From contig OZ242195.1 of the NCBI GenBank assembly GCA_965205975.1, positions 3,712,001-3,776,000 on the forward strand: a DNA stretch of 64,000 nt, in the 5' to 3' direction. Positions 58,197 through 64,000 of the stretch are shown here, in pieces. Source of the stretch: Candidatus Latescibacterota bacterium. GTDB taxonomy: Bacteria > Latescibacterota > UBA2968. Position 1 is the stretch's first letter. The number at the start of each line of letters is the position of its first letter. Both the position numbers and the translations under genes were made by a program. The notes beneath the pieces were generated by a model. It was not told where the DNA came from and ran no database searches. It worked only from the letters and a program-made list of their open reading frames with translations.

Positions 58197-58342
58197 TGAA
58201 GGTATCAGCTGGTCCCATTATAGCGGAGAGAATAGGACTACATACCTTGCGAACAAAATGCGAACATTTCACCAGATGGCTTGATAAGCTGGAATCTCTG
58301 ATGCCGAAAAATAATGGCCAAAAATGGGAGGACCAACCATGA
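58166..58342 (+). pseudogene. C-terminal remnant of a DUF4276 family gene
   Basis: IIAEIPEY..KV..GPIIAERIGL..LR.KC.HF..WLDKLE in a different frame from the ATPase. Confidence 0.75.
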
Positions 58343-60195
58343 GCCAGACACTCAAGGACTTATTGAATGACAGTTTTGACCGGCATGCGGATCGCACGGC
58401 GGTACGCGTATTGCGTCAGCCAGAGGAGCCTGGCGAAAGGCGATTGCAATATGTGCCGTTGACCTATCTGCAGTTAAAGACACAGCGAGACCGATTGGCC
58501 TCGGGCCTGGCGCAAATAGGACTGGAAAAAGGACAGCGCATCGGGCTATTGACCGATGGCGGTCTGGAATCTGTCCTGGTCTTCTTATCCTGCGACATAC
58601 TGGGATTATCGGCAGTGCCAATCTGCAACAAATTGCCCGATGATCTGCTCGTACACAGCATCAACCACTCGGGCATTGCCTATTTGTTCACAGATACGAG
58701 AAGTTTGGAACAGGTCGAGCGCGTGCGCGACCAACTGACCAATCCCCCTCAGATCGTCCTGACAGAAGGACAAGGCGATAACGCACGCTCATTCTTTGAA
58801 CTAACCCAAAAAGGCGCAGAATCACCGCCCCCAGACATAGCAATAGAACCCGATGACGAATCGAAAATCGTGTACACATCGGGATCATCAGGTCTTCCCA
58901 AAGGCGTGGTTCAAACCCATCGCAATCTCGTCGGCAATATCCTGTCCGTATGGGATACGATCAGCAACCGCGACCCGCTCATCTTATTCAAATCCGCGCC
59001 CGACTATCACACCATGGGCATATTAAATATCTATTACCCCCTATCAAAAGGCTGGACACTGGACCTGGCGCGGTCACCAGATCGCGTACTCGTAGATATT
59101 CGATATTCTGAACCCCATGGCTTTTTAACTGTCCCCCTGATCTTAGACAAAGTATTTGGCAACGTGCGAAAAGAAATCGATGCCGGTGGTGCAAAAGGCG
59201 CATTGGTCGCCCGGTCAGTGCGCGCCAAACAGCGCGTTGCACGCGGTGAAGCATCGATCATCGACCACCTCGTCAATGCCACACTGGGCAAAAAGGTCGT
59301 CGGACAAATCAAAGAAAAACTCTCCCAACGCGTGGGCAGCCGCCTCGAATTGTTAATCGTCGGCTCGGCAAAAGCCGACCCCGAAGCCCTCGACTTTTTC
59401 CAGGACGTACTGGACATCACCTCGCTCGAAGGCTATGGCGTCACCGAATGCAGCCCCCTGATCGCGGCAAATGTCCTGACCGGACAAAAAACAGGCACCG
59501 TTGGAAAGCCATTACAAGAAGTAAAAATCATCTCCGAAACAGGCGAGGAAATCGCTCACGGTGATCCAAAAACAAAAACCTATCGCGGCAGCGGCGATGG
59601 CATTGGCGAATTGTGGGTACACGGCAACCACGTCATGACGGGGTACCTCAACGACCCCGAACGCACCGCCGAAGTACTCGTAACCGATGAAGACGGCAAA
59701 GTGTGGTATCGCACAGGTGATGTGTTCAGCATGGACGACGAGGGATTTTTGACATTCCAGGGGCGCGTTGGACGGCAATTTAAATTGAGCAACGGCGAAT
59801 TTGTCAACCCAGAACGTCTCGAACGCATATTCGCTCGCGCATCGCTCATCGAACACGTCTTAATCTGCGGCGACCAGACCCGCACATTCCCACTTCCCGT
59901 TATAACCGTAAATGTAGAAGAAGCCCAATTGCAAACAGATATTCCCGATCTGCCCACAGACGACGAGGAAGCATTGTGCAGCCACCCCGCAATAGCCGAA
60001 CGCATTCGCGAGCAATTATTAAAAGAAGCCACAGCATCTGGCCTTCCCGCGCACGAGCGCCCGCAAAAAGTACTGATCTTGCCAGACCAGTTAAGCGAAG
60101 AAACGGGAACCCTCACGCGGGGACTGAAAAAGGTCGTACCCGGTAGAATAGAAGAAATTTACGAAAAAGAAATCGCCGAAGCGTATGATGGATAA
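58339..60195 (+). CDS. AMP-binding enzyme (long-chain acyl-CoA ligase-like)
   Basis: YTSGSSGLPKG, EGYGVTE, VMTGY, YRTGD, GR...FKLSNGEFV. Confidence 0.93.
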   Translation: MSQTLKDLLNDSFDRHADRTAVRVLRQPEEPGERRLQYVPLTYLQLKTQRDRLASGLAQIGLEKGQRIGLLTDGGLESVLVFLSCDILGLSAVPICNKLPDDLLVHSINHSGIAYLFTDTRSLEQVERVRDQLTNPPQIVLTEGQGDNARSFFELTQKGAESPPPDIAIEPDDESKIVYTSGSSGLPKGVVQTHRNLVGNILSVWDTISNRDPLILFKSAPDYHTMGILNIYYPLSKGWTLDLARSPDRVLVDIRYSEPHGFLTVPLILDKVFGNVRKEIDAGGAKGALVARSVRAKQRVARGEASIIDHLVNATLGKKVVGQIKEKLSQRVGSRLELLIVGSAKADPEALDFFQDVLDITSLEGYGVTECSPLIAANVLTGQKTGTVGKPLQEVKIISETGEEIAHGDPKTKTYRGSGDGIGELWVHGNHVMTGYLNDPERTAEVLVTDEDGKVWYRTGDVFSMDDEGFLTFQGRVGRQFKLSNGEFVNPERLERIFARASLIEHVLICGDQTRTFPLPVITVNVEEAQLQTDIPDLPTDDEEALCSHPAIAERIREQLLKEATASGLPAHERPQKVLILPDQLSEETGTLTRGLKKVVPGRIEEIYEKEIAEAYDG

Positions 60196-60211
60196 ACCCA
60201 AAACCTTATGG

Positions 60212-60319
60212 ATCCACAGATGGACGCAGATAAACGCAGATAAAAGGCAAAGGCGAATAAGCTAATTGAGTACCCCCCTGCTATCTGTGTCATCTGTGTC
60301 ATCTGCGTTATCTGCGGAT
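60212..60319. repeat. Inverted element built of CRCAGAT periodic repeats
   Basis: Left arm atccacagat ggacgcagat aaacgcagat; right arm atctgtgtc atctgtgtc atctgcgtt atctgcggat. Confidence 0.85.
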
Positions 60320-60326
60320 GCTTTTT

Positions 60327-61361
60327 ATGCCAATTTTAAACCCCGATAACCTGCGGCGCATTGGCCGCGAAGTCTTCGAACGCATAGGCGCAACACCCGA
60401 AGAAGCCCGAATTGTAGCCGATCTGCTCGTAGCCTCCAATCTCGCGGGGCACGACTCGCACGGCGTAGTCCGCATACCACAATACGTATCCGGAGTACAG
60501 AGCGGTCAAATACAGCTCGGAACAACCGTGGAAATCGAACGGGAAACCGATGCAACAGCCGTCGTAAACGGACACTGGGGATTTGGGCATGTAACCGCAA
60601 CAGAAGCCATGCATATCGCCATCCAAAAAGCCCGAAAAAGTGCTGTCGGCATCGCAACAGTACATCAGTGCAATCACATCGGGAGATTGGGTGGCTATCC
60701 CGTCCTCGCCGCGGCTGAAAACATGGCCGGACTGATGAGCAACAACGGTCACGGTGCCGACCTCTCAATGGCACCCTGGGGAGGACTGGGACGCATCTTG
60801 CCCGCGAACTGCCTCGCCGTTGCATTTCCTTCGGACCGCGACTTCCCCATTGCGCTGGACTTAACCGCAGCGACCGCAGCAGGTGGCAAAATGCGGGTCG
60901 CACTGGCCCGGGGCGAGCGCGTACCCGAAAACTGGCTCATCGACACCGAAGGCACCCCCACAACGGATCCCGCCGACTACGTACACGGCAACGCCGCACT
61001 AACGCCCTTTGGCGACCACAAAGGATATGGCCTATCATTCATCTTCGACATCTTATCCGGCGCCCTATCGCCCGCCGGTTGCACCCGCGAAAATTCACCC
61101 GTAACGGGCAACGCCCTATTTGTACAGGCCATTCGCATCGATGCGTTCCAACCCATCTCCGATTTTAAGACCGAAATCGGGCGATTTATCGACTACGTAA
61201 AATCGGCAAAAACCGCACCGGGATTTGACGAAATACTCGTACCCGGCGAACGCTCCTATCGCACGGGTTGTGAACGCGAGGCAAATGGGATTCCCTTAGA
61301 AGAAATGACCTGGGAACAAATTTGCGAGACCGCAAAAAAATTTGATGTAAAAATTCAGTGA
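60327..61361 (+). CDS. Ldh_2 family oxidoreductase (malate/L-sulfolactate/ureidoglycolate DH-like)
   Basis: GHDSHGV.R.P.Y, NHIGRLG, PFG.HKGYGL, VPGE. Confidence 0.93.
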   Translation: MPILNPDNLRRIGREVFERIGATPEEARIVADLLVASNLAGHDSHGVVRIPQYVSGVQSGQIQLGTTVEIERETDATAVVNGHWGFGHVTATEAMHIAIQKARKSAVGIATVHQCNHIGRLGGYPVLAAAENMAGLMSNNGHGADLSMAPWGGLGRILPANCLAVAFPSDRDFPIALDLTAATAAGGKMRVALARGERVPENWLIDTEGTPTTDPADYVHGNAALTPFGDHKGYGLSFIFDILSGALSPAGCTRENSPVTGNALFVQAIRIDAFQPISDFKTEIGRFIDYVKSAKTAPGFDEILVPGERSYRTGCEREANGIPLEEMTWEQICETAKKFDVKIQ

Positions 61362-61380
61362 TTAGTGTTTGGGTGGCCTT

Positions 61381-61902
61381 ATGCATGCACTCAATTTTTG
61401 GAAAACAGTAACAATGGATCAAAGCAATTTTTTAGAGCGTTTGGTCGCTTTGTTGGCAACGCACGATATTGCGTATTGCGTGATTGGTGGGCAAGCTGTC
61501 AACGCATACACTGAACCAGTGGTTAGCTTGGACCTCGATTTGGTTGTTGCTGTCGCACACTTTGACCGCGTTGTGGCCCTATTGGAAGCGAACTTTGAGG
61601 TAAAGGAATTTCCACATAGCCTCAATGTATATCAAAAAGGATCTGATTTGCGCGTACAAATTCAAACGGATGCGCGATATTTTGATTTCCCAGATCGCGC
61701 TGCGCCACAGGAGATCCTCGGTCTTGAACTGCCAGTTGCTTGCCTTGAAGATACATTACAAGGCAAAATATGGGCTGCCATAGATACGGATCGCCGAAGC
61801 AGTAAGCGGCAAAAAGATCTGGCCGATATTGCACGCCTCATTGAAGATCATCCTTTTCTGCAATCGCGTGTTCCGCTGGAGATTCTTGCAAAACTGGTGT
61901 AA
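61381..61902 (+). CDS. Pol-beta-like nucleotidyltransferase family protein
   Basis: VIGG.AV..Y......DLDLVV; K...R..K.QKDL.DI. Confidence 0.8.
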   Translation: MHALNFWKTVTMDQSNFLERLVALLATHDIAYCVIGGQAVNAYTEPVVSLDLDLVVAVAHFDRVVALLEANFEVKEFPHSLNVYQKGSDLRVQIQTDARYFDFPDRAAPQEILGLELPVACLEDTLQGKIWAAIDTDRRSSKRQKDLADIARLIEDHPFLQSRVPLEILAKLV

Positions 61903-61907
61903 CGGAC

Positions 61908-61953
61908 AAAAGCCTGACTGATTTACAAAATTGGTCAGGCTTTTATTTTTTTT
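61908..61953. terminator. Bidirectional intrinsic terminator
   Basis: aaaagcctgac..gtcaggctttt plus T tract, between convergent genes. Confidence 0.8.
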
Positions 61954-61980
61954 GACGGTCCCGAGTATTTGGGTCTCCGT

Positions 61981-62019
61981 CTTGTATCTTTGAGTCTTTG
62001 TGTGAGGCCCTCTCACATC
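61981..62019. repeat. Periodic motif plus short hairpin, copy 2
   Basis: Shares gtctttgtgtgaggccctctcacatc with 14837-14862. Confidence 0.8.
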
Positions 62020-63389
62020 TCACTTTTTACCCCTGGCTCGGGCGGATCGGGTGGCGTAGGCGTTTCTGGCGCATCTATCTCTTCATCTGAAGACAAGCTC
62101 AGACTGCCCCGACCGAGTTCAACCGCAACCTTAGCACCGCCGCCATTGAGCTGACCCGTCACCACCTGTGAGGTACGCGACACGCCGGTAATAGACAGAG
62201 GCAGATTGGTCTGGATACTCCCGCGCCCGACATAACCGTGTACATCGACTGCCGAACCATCGGGAATGGTGAGATCAACCGCGCCATCTTTATTTTGAAT
62301 CGCATAGTCATCGCCAATGGGTTTGTGTGGACGCACCACAATATTGCTGCCGCGGCTTTGTATAATGATACCCGCTTCGGGATTTTCAATTTCGATAGCT
62401 CCCCGGTTGGCCTGTACAGTAGTTGCACCGGCAATATTTTTCAGGCGCGTTGTACCGTGGCTATTTTTTGCAACCACACGTCCCCCAACCTGACCGACGT
62501 TAATTGAACCGCGGTTACTTTTTGCACTAAAATTACCTCCAACATGTTGCACCGCGACATCGCCGCGGTTCTGTTTAATCCTTATATTGCCCGACGCGCC
62601 TTCAAAAATCGTTTTACCGCGGTGATTATTGAGGGTTGCTGCACCATCAATTTGGGGAAGCGTGATATTGCCGTGCCTTGCTCGCACATCGAGATCAACT
62701 TTTTGGGGATGATGCAACTCAAAGTCGATCCGCACAGATCGAACCGGATCGTCTTTTTCCCGTTTGGGCACATTGGGTTGTATTTGCACGGCACCGGATT
62801 CCCGCCGGATTTGAACATCAATTTGCTCGGCAAAAGTCTGCACCGCTTCTTCATCAGTTCCCCAAACCGAGATTGTCGCGTCAACCTGAACCTCATCGCG
62901 ATCCCAAATTTTTGAAGTAACATGGCCTCTTGTCGTCCGCACAGATAGACGCTCAGATACCTGGATCGGCGTCGTTTCAACAAATTGTCGAACAGCTTTT
63001 TCGGGATGCTTTCTATCGCTATCTTCCACCCATTGTGAAACGGCTTCAGACGCTGTTTGCATCGCTTCCTGAACAATCTCGCCCACATCGGGAATTGAGC
63101 GCGTGGCTTCGCGCACTATGCGATTGACATCGGGCATCGCCTCGCGCACCGCGCGTCTGGCTCTGGGCATCGCCTCACGCAGGGTCTCTTGCGCTTCCCG
63201 AATGCGTTTTTGCACCTCAACCTGAATATCTGCGCCGCCAGAGCGTCGTCGTCGCCGCTGGCGCTGACGACCTTCACCTCGCGGTTCTTCTGCAGTATCT
63301 CCGAGCGCATCGAGTAATTTCACGGCATCTTCTGCCGTTATTTTGCCATCTTGAATCATCTCCAGAACTTTCATGCGTTCTTCTTTCAC
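62013..63389 (-). CDS. SHOCT-like N-terminus plus DUF4097 beta-strand repeat protein
   Basis: EERMKVLEMIQDGKITAEDAVKLLDAL; repeated N.RG.(I/V) strands; G.LNGGG..V......G.L. Confidence 0.88.
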   Translation of the reverse strand: MKEERMKVLEMIQDGKITAEDAVKLLDALGDTAEEPRGEGRQRQRRRRRSGGADIQVEVQKRIREAQETLREAMPRARRAVREAMPDVNRIVREATRSIPDVGEIVQEAMQTASEAVSQWVEDSDRKHPEKAVRQFVETTPIQVSERLSVRTTRGHVTSKIWDRDEVQVDATISVWGTDEEAVQTFAEQIDVQIRRESGAVQIQPNVPKREKDDPVRSVRIDFELHHPQKVDLDVRARHGNITLPQIDGAATLNNHRGKTIFEGASGNIRIKQNRGDVAVQHVGGNFSAKSNRGSINVGQVGGRVVAKNSHGTTRLKNIAGATTVQANRGAIEIENPEAGIIIQSRGSNIVVRPHKPIGDDYAIQNKDGAVDLTIPDGSAVDVHGYVGRGSIQTNLPLSITGVSRTSQVVTGQLNGGGAKVAVELGRGSLSLSSDEEIDAPETPTPPDPPEPGVKSEM

Positions 63390-63404
63390 GATATACTCCT
63401 TTCT

Positions 63405-63794
63405 TTATTTTTTGTTTATCCTTTTAAGTTCTTCCGCTGCATCCTCCACTGAAATCTCGCCGGATTCGAGACGGTCGAGCACCTCTTGCTGAGACGCAGC
63501 GGACAAATCTTCCACCTCGGGATGTGTCCCCGTTGCAAAACCGAGTTCTGCAATCACATCGTCGAGATGGTTGCGAATCGTGCTATAGGGCACGCGGAGT
63601 TCGCGCGTCATCTCTTTGACATTGCCGCGCAATCGGACAAATGTCTCGACAAAAGCCAGATTTTCGGGCGATAGACGGTTAAAAATTGTGGGCTGAAACT
63701 CTCCAATAACCTCACATTCACATCGCGTACAGCGAATGCGGGTGACAATCACATCATTCTGACAGGCTGGGCATTTCTCAATAATTTTACGCAT
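63405..63794 (-). CDS. DUF2089 family protein
   Basis: CPAC..C..C..I.G.F, FV..RGN.KE......YST.R..LD, L..GEISVEDA. Confidence 0.92.
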   Translation of the reverse strand: MRKIIEKCPACQNDVIVTRIRCTRCECEVIGEFQPTIFNRLSPENLAFVETFVRLRGNVKEMTRELRVPYSTIRNHLDDVIAELGFATGTHPEVEDLSAASQQEVLDRLESGEISVEDAAEELKRINKK

Positions 63795-64000
63795 ATTGAT
63801 CCTTTTTTTCACTTTAGACATCATTTTAGACAAAAAGTTTCATTAAAATATAAAATATTTCACAATAAATGCAATTTATTTTTTACAACTATTGGTCTTT
63901 TAAATCAATTTGACTACGTTTTTATATTTATCTGACAGACTGGACTAAGGCAATAAACTGATTTGAAGGACCAAAACCTTCTCATTTGACTTTTTCTAAT

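Noticed and set aside
58142..58342. Programmed frameshift at the GGGAAAAAAAC run extending the ATPase
   Set aside because: The ATPase frame continues through its conserved NVFGG end, and the other frame holds only a C-terminal fragment; a deletion is the simpler explanation

Overview
Bacterial chromosomal window with about 60 CDSs. I found no rRNA, tRNA, CRISPR array, transposase or integrase. The backbone is housekeeping and metabolic genes: phosphosugar mutase, recG, hflKC, coaE, gcvPA/gcvPB, a RelA/SpoT homologue, glgP, a double-length uvrA, ABC transporters, a sulfatase, a GH5, an acyl-CoA ligase and five PhyH-family dioxygenases. Small AT-richer accessory cassettes interrupt it repeatedly: (1) an Xis-like HTH, a coiled-coil repeat protein and an orphan M.EcoRV-like methyltransferase; (2) a two-gene SAM-methyltransferase/winged-helix cassette of unknown function inserted between PhyH genes; (3) three intact type II toxin-antitoxin pairs; (4) a cluster of decayed TA and AAA/DUF4276 modules; (5) a lone nucleotidyltransferase. 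Intergenic spaces carry several unrelated families of short repeats (GTAG-type REPs, CGTC-type palindromes, 10-, 9- and 7-nt periodic motifs), and some of these supply stop codons. Several conserved proteins have altered catalytic motifs: the RSH hydrolase, the YchF G2/G3 motifs and a receiver-domain Asp. The PhyH expansion, GWxTD protein and sulfatase suggest an uncultured lineage such as Latescibacterota or Poribacteria-like marine symbionts (inference only). All family assignments come from motif recognition by eye, not from database searches.
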